A stretch of DNA of 64,000 nucleotides from the NCBI GenBank assembly GCA_000002435.2, contig CM018789.1. One strand, written 5' to 3'. The stretch's first letter is position 1. Each line of letters opens with the position of its first letter. This stretch comes from Giardia intestinalis. Its lineage: Eukaryota. Positions 20,701-30,492 of this stretch are shown in pieces. Both the position numbers and the translations under genes were made by a program. Below the pieces are notes generated by a model. The model searched no databases, was not told the DNA's origin, and worked only from the letters and a program-made list of their open reading frames with translations.

Positions 20701-21410
20701 AACGTGCATGTCCATTGGCCCTTGCCGTTATGAATCTGTCAAGACCGGCTCCAGAGCTCACAGACATGCTGTTTCGAATGGCCTCACAAAGTGACGAGAG
20801 CCTCAGTATTAACGCAATTATAGCTCTCGGGTTGATAGGTTGCGGATCGTGCAACTCAAGGATAGCACAGAGTCTGAGACAGCTGGCAGACTCAAAGTAT
20901 TTATCCATGCCTCACACAGACTATGGCAGAGAGTTGACGAATATGATAATATTAGCAATCAAGCTTTCCTTAGGACTAGTGCATTGTGGACGGGGTCTCA
21001 TGCATATCAGTGTGACCCATCATCATGGAAAAGCCATTAGCAACTCCAGGCTTTCGTGCATAGCAGCTTTAATTCTGCTTTTAGCATCTAATTCACGGGT
21101 GATGGTGAGACCGAAGTTTATTAACTACTTCTTTCTCATAGCAGGGGCTCTTCGTCCCAAGTACTTGGTTACAGTTGACGCTGCAAACAAGGAACAATCC
21201 AATCCTCTTAAAACGGGGTCCTACATAGACACAGTGAGCCTTCCCGAGCCATTCAGACTCACTGGCTATCAAACAAACACAACGCCAATAATCCTTAGCC
21301 ACGCGGAGCGTGCAGTCCAAAGTGATGAGAATATTGTTCCTATGCTTAGCATACTTGAAGATGTTGTTGTGACCACGCGTACCATTTCAGTAGATATGAC
21401 AATAGACTGA
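17712..21410 (+). CDS. RPN1: 26S proteasome regulatory subunit Rpn1/PSMD2-like PC-repeat protein, expanded to 1232 aa
   Basis: PC repeats are visible (AALGIGVAYAGTSNKLAIEIL, LALGLVLASTANMD, AIIALGLIGCGSCNSRIAQSLRQLA). NGFANAAMGTDKLLASHKIYRYKQRD matches Rpn1 [29 protein letters not shown]. The C-terminal TGYQTNTTPIILSHAERAVQSDE matches Rpn1 [24 protein letters not shown]. The track start is GTG, so I moved it to the ATG at codon 7 (MSSNGG). Confidence 0.8.
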   Translation: MSSNGGSEAAVDQTTAPIDPHVVAEESLKLACDRLEKAVSTKREQAVAAAVDNLYNLFNDSNSPTTGVPIVLRYIEPYINSLIDYYEASRNKKLGSIALKLLLIYRVDSPDFLQLFGCIYYETHATALELWSVEFLCGAANYFAQFYGNYIYLRKEKGEALISDLCNCINNFHINCQTAYEILLSDVERLTQKNMESEAIDCLIEARLCTNVKALTTIINKGNIHGLAEYLYQCAVYGDPAQRNQIILALVQVYLSLDMVCDAFVLLLSLCFFSYAKSILYKTTLINRLLQMAYLIACNGCCCHFSRNDFRKALASSSSFAEDTDSLEKQTDELWLVACNAYTHTHLLSLVSELELNVPRSVAEILKADQLSFKAKHLDRLYGPLGDYLMNGFANAAMGTDKLLASHKIYRYKQRDVKGKPITTNEDIVVPAPTELDLPLHSDREDANAEGTGSNGLTSEGSTLLEHSVSPITSIIQTVGAASVGLIYLYHGNGHGQAFNVISRYFSSPHHWVRAGAVLALGLSAANTQDPTGLDPALRMMGGVFNLFHVNPAESFSFHEYFPYSCNIIRKQLSELQSGSRPSQSSRGINSNPQTISEEGREEESVFANVQYMVSQRVSASHSRESDTRTRQQYMEDLKRIINNPHIEKAYSIIPHTNFPSPAISIDIKDEHEYLYMSQASAALGIGVAYAGTSNKLAIEILYQRLSLSSTNVCKHVPILEKNPRSTGCLALGLVLASTANMDAANFILRVMAGNTRNQRSLRFFPLKPVGLGCIFMRAGRTEEGQRRMKDFCDNMYDKLLQIDTPDSKQEHGPMPSPEEHLYLAAYVQSVITVCGYAFTGNISIISEIMQSIYETISGRVAAEETINLNKLGSATKPGSRSSSRPVDSPDDTSSNTSRSQGRTIARLPRSRSERSQSRYNADDQTRANNMAAYTADSGMPLQLPRDNTTLWPGENLDPVGILVAGLGLVAGNDPVCSMMVTRFINRIMQYGSSYAKRACPLALAVMNLSRPAPELTDMLFRMASQSDESLSINAIIALGLIGCGSCNSRIAQSLRQLADSKYLSMPHTDYGRELTNMIILAIKLSLGLVHCGRGLMHISVTHHHGKAISNSRLSCIAALILLLASNSRVMVRPKFINYFFLIAGALRPKYLVTVDAANKEQSNPLKTGSYIDTVSLPEPFRLTGYQTNTTPIILSHAERAVQSDENIVPMLSILEDVVVTTRTISVDMTID

Positions 21411-21540
21411 GGATTGCTTATATTACTGAGTGAACGCTATTTATCTGTAACTTTTTCTTTCTATTTAAAGAGGCAAGGATTTAGGAACGTTGGGAACCAT
21501 CCTAGATACTGTAGAGATTGTAGAGAGATTTATCGCCTGT

Positions 21541-23283
21541 TTAATTTCTTAGTAACGCTATGCAAATATCCTTGTTGTACTTGCTAACACGCCAATAGGG
21601 GTGCTCTGCATAGTACAGGGCTGTGCGGCCAAATGCGTCCTTTAGAGTGCTTTCCTTAGGCTTCAACAGTGTAATAAGTTCGCTATTTCCATACTTTGCA
21701 GCCCACATAAGGGCAGAATGACCGTCTATGTCCTGGAAACCTGTCTCTTCGTTTATGAGTAGCTTAACGCAATCTACATGATTATGTTGGACAGCCAAAA
21801 TAAGAGACGTCTCATCTATGGTATTCTGCATTTGCTTCTCAAAGGGGAGGAGTAACTTGCAAGCGTTAAGATGGCCGCGGATCGCGGCTTCCATAAGGGC
21901 TGTGTTGCCATAATCGTCTTGCATACACGCCTCGAATCTCGATAGCTTATCAATGACTTCTAGGTAGTCATTCTGCGCAGCAATCATGAGAGCAGTTACC
22001 CCATCACCTGTTTGGAGTTTGGCTTCCATGGGAACTAGGGAATCTATTACATTAGGCCAGTTGTTCTTCGCCGCATAGATCAGGGCTGTGGACCCGTCCC
22101 ACCAGCGCTGTCTTCCGGCTTCTGTCTTAAGGAGCAGCTCAACGCACAGTAAGTGCCCTCTGCTAGCTGCATACATTAGCGCAGTCTTTCCTTTTCTATC
22201 TACTATTCCGGCTTCTGGCAGCAGAAGCTTCATTACTTCATAGTTGCCCTTCCATGCAGCGAGCATGAGAGCAGTCCTTCCATCTTCGGTTTGCATGCCT
22301 AGCTCTGTCAGTAGGTGTCCTGCAATCAAGATATTTCCTTTCCACGCAGCAAGCATAAGTGCAGTAACATGTTTGGCAAAATAAGAGGTCTTCAAATTTA
22401 GTGTTAAGCAAATGATGTCGCGGCATGCGCAACGAGCACAACCGATGTGCTTAATAACATCCTCTTTGGAGTCGTCTTCGACAGCTTTCAGTAATGGGGT
22501 TTTTTCCCGTGGAAGAGGTGTGTCCAGAGAAAGCTCTGAATAGCGAAGGTGGATACCATGTTCATAGCAATATGTCGACAGTGCAAATAGTTGATTACTA
22601 TCACGCAACTTCATAAGGGCTTCAAACAAGGCTTGCAACTGTCTTTCGCCAGAGTTTGTGCTGCATAACGTCCTGTAAAAATTTAACTGCTGACGACAAA
22701 AGTGGAACCTTGCCATGGTTAGCTGTAAGCGAATGTCTGATTCCGTTAACAGTGCCTGTTCAATGCAGGTCTTCTTCTCAGGGCACGGTGGATCGGCATC
22801 AGTATCAGTAGAGCCATTTTCTAAATATTTATACCGCTGAGTAAGCTCTTGCAGTTTGTACTTGTGATTTAGGTGAACGAGGGCCTCGTCTATACCAGAC
22901 GCTGTAAGAACAAGAATAACTCCTTGGAGAAGCTGCTTCATGCCTGCATCAACAGTGATCTGCGACAGTGTATCTATTAAGACCTTAAGACCTTCTCTTC
23001 CGGTAGTATCTTTAGTATTGTATCGGTCAGGTTCAACAAGGTATTCACCGCTGATCCCAGTCAGATCGACAACAGTGAAGCCTTCAAGAATAACGCACTG
23101 CGGCACGTAACTTGGTGTTTGTCCTTGAGTTTCTGACTTAAGCGCAAGTTGCAAAAGGCTTTCAGTAAGGCTCTTCGCATCAATCCGTGAAAGTAGATCC
23201 TTGTCTCTAAGACAGTGGTCAATAAGCTCTAGGAAGGATCTCCGGCATTTCCACTGATCCGGCTGGCCATGGTTGGCCTGCAT
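21541..23283 (-). CDS. Ankyrin-repeat protein (Giardia protein 21.1-like)
   Basis: Repeated TALMLAAWKGN...LLL / TALMYAASRGHLLCVELLL / TALMIAAQNDYLEVIDKL / TALMEAAIRGHLNACKLLL ankyrin units fill the C-terminal half. The track M is TTG, so I set the start at the ATG three codons in (MQANHG). Confidence 0.8.
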   Translation of the reverse strand: MQANHGQPDQWKCRRSFLELIDHCLRDKDLLSRIDAKSLTESLLQLALKSETQGQTPSYVPQCVILEGFTVVDLTGISGEYLVEPDRYNTKDTTGREGLKVLIDTLSQITVDAGMKQLLQGVILVLTASGIDEALVHLNHKYKLQELTQRYKYLENGSTDTDADPPCPEKKTCIEQALLTESDIRLQLTMARFHFCRQQLNFYRTLCSTNSGERQLQALFEALMKLRDSNQLFALSTYCYEHGIHLRYSELSLDTPLPREKTPLLKAVEDDSKEDVIKHIGCARCACRDIICLTLNLKTSYFAKHVTALMLAAWKGNILIAGHLLTELGMQTEDGRTALMLAAWKGNYEVMKLLLPEAGIVDRKGKTALMYAASRGHLLCVELLLKTEAGRQRWWDGSTALIYAAKNNWPNVIDSLVPMEAKLQTGDGVTALMIAAQNDYLEVIDKLSRFEACMQDDYGNTALMEAAIRGHLNACKLLLPFEKQMQNTIDETSLILAVQHNHVDCVKLLINEETGFQDIDGHSALMWAAKYGNSELITLLKPKESTLKDAFGRTALYYAEHPYWRVSKYNKDICIALLRN

Positions 23284-23324
23284 AATTACCAACCTCTTTT
23301 AAAAAAGATCGTTTCATTGTACCC
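23284..23324. promoter_or_regulatory. 41-bp bidirectional promoter/initiator region between the divergent ankyrin (-) and MYST HAT (+) genes
   Basis: The two ATGs are separated only by aattaccaacctcttttaaaaaagatcgtttcattgtaccc, which contains the A/T-rich stretch typical of Giardia initiators. This is inference from gene geometry. Confidence 0.4.
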
Positions 23325-24602
23325 ATGACAGCAAAAGATCTTACTGAGCCGTATAAAAAGGGGCTAATCTTCATGGCATGCTGTCGGGAAGACATAGGGA
23401 CTCCATTGGAGAACACTCCGCGGCCTGTTAGAATCTATGATAGCCGCGAAGACCCCACAGCTCGCGGGAGCTACGAGTATTATGTTTATTTTGGAGGGTA
23501 CAACGCCCGCTTGGCGGATTGGTACCCGTCATCGGCCTTACGAAGCATTACAGATGAAGAAAGGCAATTATACGCAAAAGAAATATGGTTTTTTAGCCAG
23601 GCAGACAAGGAATTTCTGCCCAGGAATATAGATAAAGTGGTGATCTCTCAGTACGTGATGTGTCCGTGGTACTTCTCGCCACTCCCCGAGGAGTTTTTTG
23701 CCTCCAGAACTGTCTACATCTGCGAGTATTGCTTCACCATGTTGACCACTGAGCGGATCTACAAGCGCCATGTGGCCCGGTGCACCTGTAGATCACCACC
23801 TGGTGACCTCATATATAGAGATGACGAAGTCTGCTTCTTTGAAATCAACGGCAGTGAGCATACTAACTATTGCCGTAATATATGCCTAGTTGCGCGGCTT
23901 TTCCTGCAGCATAAAACATTGGTGGCAGACGTAGATGTCTTCCTCTTTTATGTTATGTTTGCAAAAACCAACAACAAAAAGGCTAATAACCAACAACTAT
24001 CGGCAGCCCAGAAGGCTTCCGATGAACAAGAACAAAGAGCTCACTGCGAGCCTGAAATAAAGCGGATACCCGATTGGCAACAGACGGGACCGGGTGATCA
24101 GGACGATGACTCATACCATTTTGTAGGATTTTTCTCCAAAGAGAAACAGCAAGAAAATAGTCTCAGCTGCATTGTTGCACTTCCATGCTTTCAGAAGAAA
24201 GGATATGGAAATATGATGATAAACTTTTCGTACATGCTCAGTAGCCGTGAATGTAGACTCGGAGGACCTGAGATGCCCCTGTCGGACCTTGGCCTCATGT
24301 CCTACTTAAGTTATTGGAAGCGCCGAATTTGCGAAGTGCTGGTTCGCAACACCACTTCAGAAATCAGCCTTTTCGAGATTAGTAAGCAAACAATGATCAG
24401 CTACCGCAATCTAATCATGGCAATGAATAAGTACGGGCTTCTGAAAGAAACACCGTCAAATACCGCTATTTACTTTGGAAACGAACTAGCAGATGAGTTG
24501 CGCACGTGTTTAGAGAAGGAGGAAAAACGCGGAGTACACCGTCTTGAAGACAAGTACCTCCATTGGGTCCCATATGTCAACATGTGTTACGAGTACAAAT
24601 AG
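23325..24602 (+). CDS. MYST-family histone acetyltransferase (Esa1/Tip60/MOF-like) with an N-terminal chromo/tudor-knot-like region
   Basis: C2HC zinc finger YICEYCFTMLTTERIYKRHVARC is present. The acetyl-CoA site is CIVALPCFQKKGYGNMMINFSYMLSSRE...PEMPLSDLGLMSYLSYW (compare Esa1 [24 protein letters not shown]...PEKPLSDLGLLSYRSYW). A low-complexity insertion of about 50 aa lies between them. ATG start. An AGTAAAT poly(A)-type signal sits about 26 nt after the stop. Confidence 0.85.
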   Translation: MTAKDLTEPYKKGLIFMACCREDIGTPLENTPRPVRIYDSREDPTARGSYEYYVYFGGYNARLADWYPSSALRSITDEERQLYAKEIWFFSQADKEFLPRNIDKVVISQYVMCPWYFSPLPEEFFASRTVYICEYCFTMLTTERIYKRHVARCTCRSPPGDLIYRDDEVCFFEINGSEHTNYCRNICLVARLFLQHKTLVADVDVFLFYVMFAKTNNKKANNQQLSAAQKASDEQEQRAHCEPEIKRIPDWQQTGPGDQDDDSYHFVGFFSKEKQQENSLSCIVALPCFQKKGYGNMMINFSYMLSSRECRLGGPEMPLSDLGLMSYLSYWKRRICEVLVRNTTSEISLFEISKQTMISYRNLIMAMNKYGLLKETPSNTAIYFGNELADELRTCLEKEEKRGVHRLEDKYLHWVPYVNMCYEYK

Positions 24603-24698
24603 TCAACGTAGACTGCAAAGTTGTCCAAGTAAATCCCCCTCGCGAGTCGCTGCACTGGACTGGCTACCTCTCGCTCGCTCCCATCAAAGTCCAGAATC

Positions 24699-24756
24699 TG
24701 AAACTCAAATGTCAGCCAACTCCGATGGAAGAAGAACTCTTATGCTTCGTCTCCCC
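24699..24756 (+). repeat. Copy 1 of an imperfect ~60-bp direct repeat (partner at 33944-34008)
   Basis: gaaactcaaatgtcagccaactccgatggaagaagaactcttatgcttcgtctcccc versus caaacttcgcaagtcag[attatcatccacttc]tgacggaagaagaactttatgcctccctcc. The shared core is gaYggaagaagaactYttatgcYtc with about 75% identity over about 52 aligned bases. Confidence 0.4.
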
Positions 24757-26020
24757 AGGAAGCCGCTGCTCCTCACGTTACCTCTAAGGTTTCTCCCATC
24801 CTCTGGCTAGCTTGGAGCAACCACCACCTGGCACCGGTGGGCACCTGCTGTCTCGAGCCTTGCGTCGGTCACAGCAGTCTGGCCTCGAGAGCAATTGACT
24901 CTGGCCATGTACTCCGGAGTAGCTTTGTAGTGTTGGTGCTCTACGACAAAGATCACACGCCACGGCCCCGGGTGCCTACCCCGTTCCTCGGGGTGCCTCT
25001 TCGTCTCTTCGTGGAGGGCACCATCTGTTCCATTATCAAGGGTGCGATTCCCGTACGCCTCTATCTTGGAATCATAGTACGCGTTCGTGGATGTCGATGG
25101 AGTACTCCCATGCGCTGGTATCAGGGGAGAGGCCCATCCCTCTGCTCATGGATCGCAGAGGTGCTCCGTCACCCAGCACGAGACCGCGTCGACGCTCACC
25201 CTGTGCAGTGCGTCTGGCTCAGTGATGTGTGAGCTGGTCCATCTGCACAGCACACTTGGGGTGATGCTTCGGTCTGTCGAGGCGTCGTCCAAAGCACCAG
25301 GAGCAATCAGGACCGGTTCGCTGTCAGGTCGTCTCTCTACAATCGGCACTCGTCTACTCGAGGGTGTCAGGCACTGCCAGCTGCTGCGGCAGATGCTCGG
25401 CAGGTGGCCCAGGCCGCCACTCTCCGGTGCGGGCAGGATCAGTCCGCTTCTACCAACCAGACACCCCAACTCCTATTTCTTGCCGAGGGATTCATATGGG
25501 TCACGTGTGGGTCCGTCTCGACAAGCGGGGCGAGTGATTGGTGCCATTGCCAGCCTCGGACGCTCATCTGCATTCGCTATCACCTCGAGGGAGGGGGCAT
25601 AAATCTTCCCCGTCAGAACTGGACGACATCCGACTTTCGGATTCTGGGTCTCAGCTAGTGAACGAGCGAGAGACTGCCAGCCTGGGGCGGCGGTGGCTCG
25701 CATGGAGGACCTGTTCAGGCAACAGCTGACAAACTAGTCTCAGTGCAATAAGGTAACTGGCTAGTTTGAGAGGAGCACCTGGAGGCATCAGGCGTTGCCG
25801 GCTGGGGCTTTGGAAGTAGGAGTCCATCGGGGGCATGGGGCTCGTCGCCCCTAGGAGAACCAGCGGCTGCCAGGGACGGCGTCTCGATCGGACCGTCCGA
25901 TTCCGCACCTACCAGCACATCTTCAGGAGGCCTCTTCTCGAGTGCATTGTATGCGCCGAGCAGTTTAGAGCCGCCCTCATGGACAGCAATCTTCTGTTCC
26001 TGGTCTTGTAAGATTGCTTG

Positions 26021-26614
26021 TTAGAATTGAGAGAAGAGGGTATGTGTCTGTGGCACTGTCTCCCCCACGAACAACTCGGGTTGCCAGCTGTCCATATAAC
26101 AAACTGAGCCGCTGTGGAGTCGTTCTTTGCATGGAGCTTCCCACAATAATCGCCCTCGGGCAGAGTAAGAACCTGCCTCGCTCTGTGGCAGCTGACAATT
26201 GCAGAGCTCAATGAGGAGACCAAGTACGGTAAATCGATAATGACGCGAGCAAATACGCTGAATAGACACGCAGCCGCATAGGCGCTGGCCGTCGTAAGGG
26301 TGCCCGCTTAGCACTGACAAGAAGGCACAGAGAAGCATGGCGGGCCAAGTCATGTAGCCCACCAAGTGGATGCATGATCGCGCAAGGGTCATCCTTCCCA
26401 CGTATATGAGCTCTTGACGCCTACGTGGGTGCATTCGACTCCTGCACAGCTCCTGATAATTATAGGCCTTTATCACCCGTAGCCCTGCTATTACTTCGGT
26501 GACATGCCGTGCACGGACATCGCGCGCAGCAGCATATCGTTTTTCCAGGAAGGGATTGCACAGGGCCAGGAGGCCATGAAGGGGAGCGTGGGAGCCCACG
26601 CCCAGCAAGAGCAC
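26021..26614 (-). pseudogene. Relic of an ABC transporter (TMD segment, ABCB/ABCC-like) inside a GC-rich degenerate region. Further out-of-frame pieces probably extend across about 25.1-27.1 kb.
   Basis: FLEKRYAAARDVRARHVTEVIAGLRVIKAYNYQELCRSRMHPRRRQELIYVGRMTLARSCIHLVGYMTWPAMLLCAFLSVLSG reproduces the conserved ABC TMD segment (..E.L.GI..IK.Y.WE..F...V...R..EL........ then a TM helix). The adjacent minus-strand ORFs are in other frames; one carries a degenerate Walker-A-like RGRFLLCPRAIIVGSSMQRT. No intact long ORF remains. Confidence 0.4.
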
Positions 26615-27212
26615 TCCTTCAATCTGAGAAGCCAGGATAAAGCAGTCGTCGGCAACGTGAGTGGCGCCGCTATCATCCTTGGTGTGTTCGACACCAGATT
26701 AGAGACGGAGCGGGCACCACCACTAATGAAAGTAATCACCGCCGGGGATCAAGCGTGCGTTGCTGCAACGTTGGGAACGCGCGCGAGCTTCTTGTAAGTA
26801 GCACAGCTGGCCGATGCAATGGCTGGAAGGCGCCGTCAAGAGCTGTGCAGCAAGGCCGGTAACTACCATGCCCATGCCTCGTGGAATAAGCGAGCAAGCA
26901 CGCTGCCACCAGAGTCGCGGAGGTCGGCTATATGACCAGTGCGGACGTCGGCCATGGCCTTTGGCTGCACGTGAGGGGGAAGCGCGGCAAGTCCCACTAG
27001 TATGGAGGACACACCAAGGAAGGGCCAGCTCGCCTTCATGACCAGAGGCCGATGCGGGCGGGTCTAGCAGTTGCCCGTGCCACCGCCAGAGCGCCTTCCA
27101 GCCTAGTCAGGACCTTACCGTAGTTCATGGTTGTTGGCAGAGAGGAACGCCTGAGGCTTCAGTGCCCCTGCCGCGAACGGTGCCATCCGTGGAAACGTAT
27201 AGTAGAGGATGA

Positions 27213-29282
27213 ATGGGCAGCGCTCGTCTGCTCAAGCCCATGGCCCTATGGATTGGGGCAGAGGGCCGCGCGGGCCATGAAACCGCAAACATGGGGGACG
27301 GAAGCCTGGACTGGAACCGGACGACCGCCCCGCTCCCGGTCGTGTGGTCGGACGTGGAGCCGGCGATCTACGAGCTCAGCGAGTCGTTCCTCTCGCTCTT
27401 CGAGGACGAGATGGGCGCCGACGAGGCGAGGTGGACGCTCCTCCTCTTCCTCCACAACGGCGGCTCCCTTTTCAGGCGGGTCCTCAAGCGGTTCGGCGTC
27501 CCGGCGAGTGCGCGGCCTCCCTCTCGGACCTGAGGGCGGAGTCGACGCAGAACGCAAGCAAGCAGCTCCCGCCTCCCCTGGCCCACTGCATCCAGGTCCT
27601 GCACCTTGTGCTGGCCTCCCTGAACCTGCGGGGGGTCACCGTCTGCGACCGCCTGGACGGCTCGGTCGACTGCTTGCCCTGCCTCCGCACCTTCGAAGGC
27701 TTCGTCAGGGCCCTGGTTCAGCCCTTGCGCGCCTGCTCTCCAAGCTGATCCAGGCAGGCGCTCCTCCTCCTCCTGGGCCCCTGGGCGGCCACAAGCAGGC
27801 CCGGACGTGCCGGAGCATCCGCAGGATGGCCCTGGAGGAGCAGGGCAGCGCCGGGTCCTGCGCGATCGAGACCGTCGAGTGGCTTCCGCCCCCTTCTCGT
27901 CCGGCAACGTCTCCCCTACGCCGACAAGGGCGTCGCAGACCAGATGGCAGAGTGTGCAAGCGTCATGACGGCCTTCAACGCCCCCAGCCCAACAGGCGGC
28001 GCCCGGGCCGGACGTGCGGATCGGCCTGCAGTCCCTGGCAGACCTCCACGGCGGGCACGACGCCGAGCTGGAGCGCACCCTCGGCAACGCGGTGGCCACC
28101 GGCGACTACCGCGTGTACCTCAACAGGGTCAAGCGGGGGCTGACCGCGTCCTTCCCGTTCTCGGGGAGGCCGGGTGCGAAGGGCAATCTGCCCTACTTCG
28201 AGCGGTGCATAGAGAAGGCGCTGTCCTTCAACCACCACGAGGAGCGGTTCCGCAGCATCAAGTGCCACGAGCTGGTCAACGTGCTCGCCTACGCGCTCCC
28301 CCTGGACGTCCAGCGGGCGATGCTCGTCGGCATTTCCAACGAGGCCGACTGCGTCCTGGGGCACCAGCTCTACCACCTGATCCGAGAGGTCGACATGCCG
28401 GCGTTCCTCTCGTCGCTGCTCCGCCTGGCGCTGTGCGGGGTCCCCCACATGCTCGAGACGGTCCTGTCGGCCAAGGCGGCTGCGGGCACGACGAGGGACG
28501 CCGAGAAGGGCGCGTTCTCCAGCAACACCCCGTCGTCCACGCGGCACATCCGGGAGTCTGTGCTGAAGAGCTGCCTCCACGTCCTTCTCCTCCTGCAGGC
28601 CAGGCCCGCCAAGCAGGGCGCCCCGCCGGACCCGGCGCTAGACCCCGCGAGGCCCCTTCATAGCCTGGTGAGCGGCAGGCGGCTGCTCTGCCTGCTGACG
28701 GCGTCGCGCTGCTTCTACGGCTACGTCTCGCACATCCTGCAGTCCTCCAGCACGGCGGCCAGCCAGGGGCCGCGGCGCAGAGCGTCCCGGGCGGGGCTCC
28801 AGGCCGCCGACGGCGTACATCCCGAACAACCTGGCCAACCTGATGGAGTTCCTGCGCGGAGACAATAGCACCAACAACCCCGCCAACATAAGCACGGCGG
28901 GCACGCTCACGTGCAGCTTCCCGGGGTACCAGCTGTCCAAGGTCAACAGCCTTTCGTCCATCGTCGTGCTTCTGAAGATCGCCAAGCACATACTGCCCTT
29001 CGCGGCGGGGACTACTCGCGCATATACGGGGTGTTCGAGCTGCAGGGCCTCCCCGCCTTCCGCGAGCACCTGACGAAGCTCATCTACCAGCTCTCCATAA
29101 GCCCGTGCAGCGAGGACGGCTGGCGCTGGCCCACCACGGCTGGCTCTACGAGAGCAGCCTGCCGACGCCCCGGAGCAGTACGCGGCGGAGGAGGCCGTTG
29201 CGCTCTCCCAGCTCCACGCGGGATGGTCCTGCAGCCGCATCTGAAAAGGACCCGCGTGTCTTTAGTCAAACAAATACACTGA
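27213..29282 (+). pseudogene. Chain of protein-like ORF segments in three frames on the + strand: a frameshifted gene or pseudogene of unknown function
   Basis: The segments are 27213-27533 (VVWSDVEPAIYELSESFLSLFEDEMGADEARWTLLLFLHNG), 27344-27748 (ASLSDLRAESTQNASKQLPPPLAHCIQVLHLVLASLNLRGVTVCDRLDGSVDCLPCLRTFEGFVRAL), 28014-28868 (HELVNVLAYALPLDVQRAMLVGISNEADCVLGHQLYHLIREVDMPAFLSSLLRLALCG...) and 28911-29282. Their composition is balanced, unlike the surrounding R/G/P/A-rich junk ORFs. They cannot be joined without at least three frameshifts. Confidence 0.3.
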
Positions 29283-29571
29283 ACAGCGGGAAGCATCGGT
29301 TCTACAGTAAACCTTGCCTGGGTGGACTGATGGGAAAGAGGGCCAGGGTGGGTCTCGGCTACGGCCGCTGGGTGGAGGGGCTTGTAGAGACAGACGTCTT
29401 CACAAATCTGGTCCTGTCAGACTGTCACGGGTCGCGTCCGCTGGCTCCTTCTGGGGCTGCGCCAATCACCGCGTCTCTGTCCTGTGTGGTTCGTGGCGCA
29501 GCTGCCAAAGCAATCCTACTGGTGAGCCCCGACTAGGTGGACATCTGCAGACGTGGAGCACCTCTTGGCGT

Positions 29572-30330
29572 TTACTTGAAGACCTCCATGAACTCCTCGA
29601 CCGGCTTGTTGCAAGCACGACAGACCTTGCTGGCGACGTCCTTCCCGCAGTCCTTGCAGAGGACGTAGTGCTTGCACGGCATGCAGACCAGGTTGGGGGC
29701 GTTGGCGCGGCACTTCACGCACTTCGTGTACTTCTTCGAGTTGAGGAGCTTGCGGATCTCGCCCAGGCACTTCTCGAGGGACTTGTTCAGCTGCTCCTCC
29801 GAGATCTCCGCCCCCTGGTCGATCCCCGAGCAGGAGAGGGAGTAGAACGCCTCGAAGAACGAGCGGAAGATGGCCATGTTGTGGCTCTTGACCTCGGCCT
29901 GCTGCGACTTCTTGGCCATCTCGGTGTAGGTGGCCGCGACCCTCTGCCGGAGCTGCTCCAGCATCGCCGCGTCCATCGTCTCGATGGTCTTCAGCCGGAG
30001 GACCTTGGCCGCCTCGAACTGCTTCGCCTTGGAGGCGTGGTTGAGGGCGGAGAGCTTGCCGGCGTCCCGCAGCCTCCCCTCCTTCTCGAAAAGGGCCTGG
30101 ATCAGCTCGAGGTTCCCCCTCTTTGCCGCCGCGATCAGCGCGAAGGACCCGTCGTTCGAGACCAGGCCCGCCTCTGCGTCGACCAGCTCCAGGGCGACGG
30201 CGGTGTGCCCGGCCTCGGCGGCCCACATGAGCGCCGTCTTCCCGTCTGCGTCCCTCTGGCCTGCGTCCGCGGCCTTGTGGGCCCTGACGTAGTCCAGCCT
30301 GTTCTCCTTGGCCGCCTCAATAAGTGCCAT
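29572..30330 (-). CDS. Ankyrin-repeat protein with a C-terminal RING-type zinc finger (candidate E3 ligase; 21.1-like)
   Basis: ATG start (MALIEAAKEN). Ankyrin units are TALMWAAEAGHTAVALELV and FALIAAAKRGNLELIQALF. The C-terminus CVKCRANAPNLVCMPCKHYVLCKDCGKDVASKVCRACNKP has the C3HC4 RING spacing. GC3-rich codon usage. Confidence 0.75.
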   Translation of the reverse strand: MALIEAAKENRLDYVRAHKAADAGQRDADGKTALMWAAEAGHTAVALELVDAEAGLVSNDGSFALIAAAKRGNLELIQALFEKEGRLRDAGKLSALNHASKAKQFEAAKVLRLKTIETMDAAMLEQLRQRVAATYTEMAKKSQQAEVKSHNMAIFRSFFEAFYSLSCSGIDQGAEISEEQLNKSLEKCLGEIRKLLNSKKYTKCVKCRANAPNLVCMPCKHYVLCKDCGKDVASKVCRACNKPVEEFMEVFK

Positions 30331-30492
30331 TCTTTGCCTCCCAATTGCGATCGCGGCTCTTCATAAGACATAATTGATAGAAAACTTGGAGACGCTGTTT
30401 CATGGCACTTTGGCACGGCCAGAAGCATGGGGCGCTGGTCCGTATGGCCTGTTCTCCAGGGCCTTCTGCTTCTCGTGAAGGGAACGACGGGT

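Noticed and set aside
27127-29240. Large overlapping ORFs in the GC-rich region (27127-28143 +, 27368-28099 -, 27944-28663 +, 27975-28580 -, 28276-28989 -, 28638-29240 -)
   Set aside because: They have R/G/P/A-dominated low-complexity translations on both strands in all frames, which is typical of GC-rich non-coding DNA. Only the balanced-composition segments were kept, as a frameshifted candidate.
29314-30366. 350-aa + ORF and the 236-aa minus ORF (29516-30226)
   Set aside because: Both overlap the ankyrin-RING gene (29572-30330, minus) out of frame. They are GC-rich junk composition (G/R/L/P/A runs).
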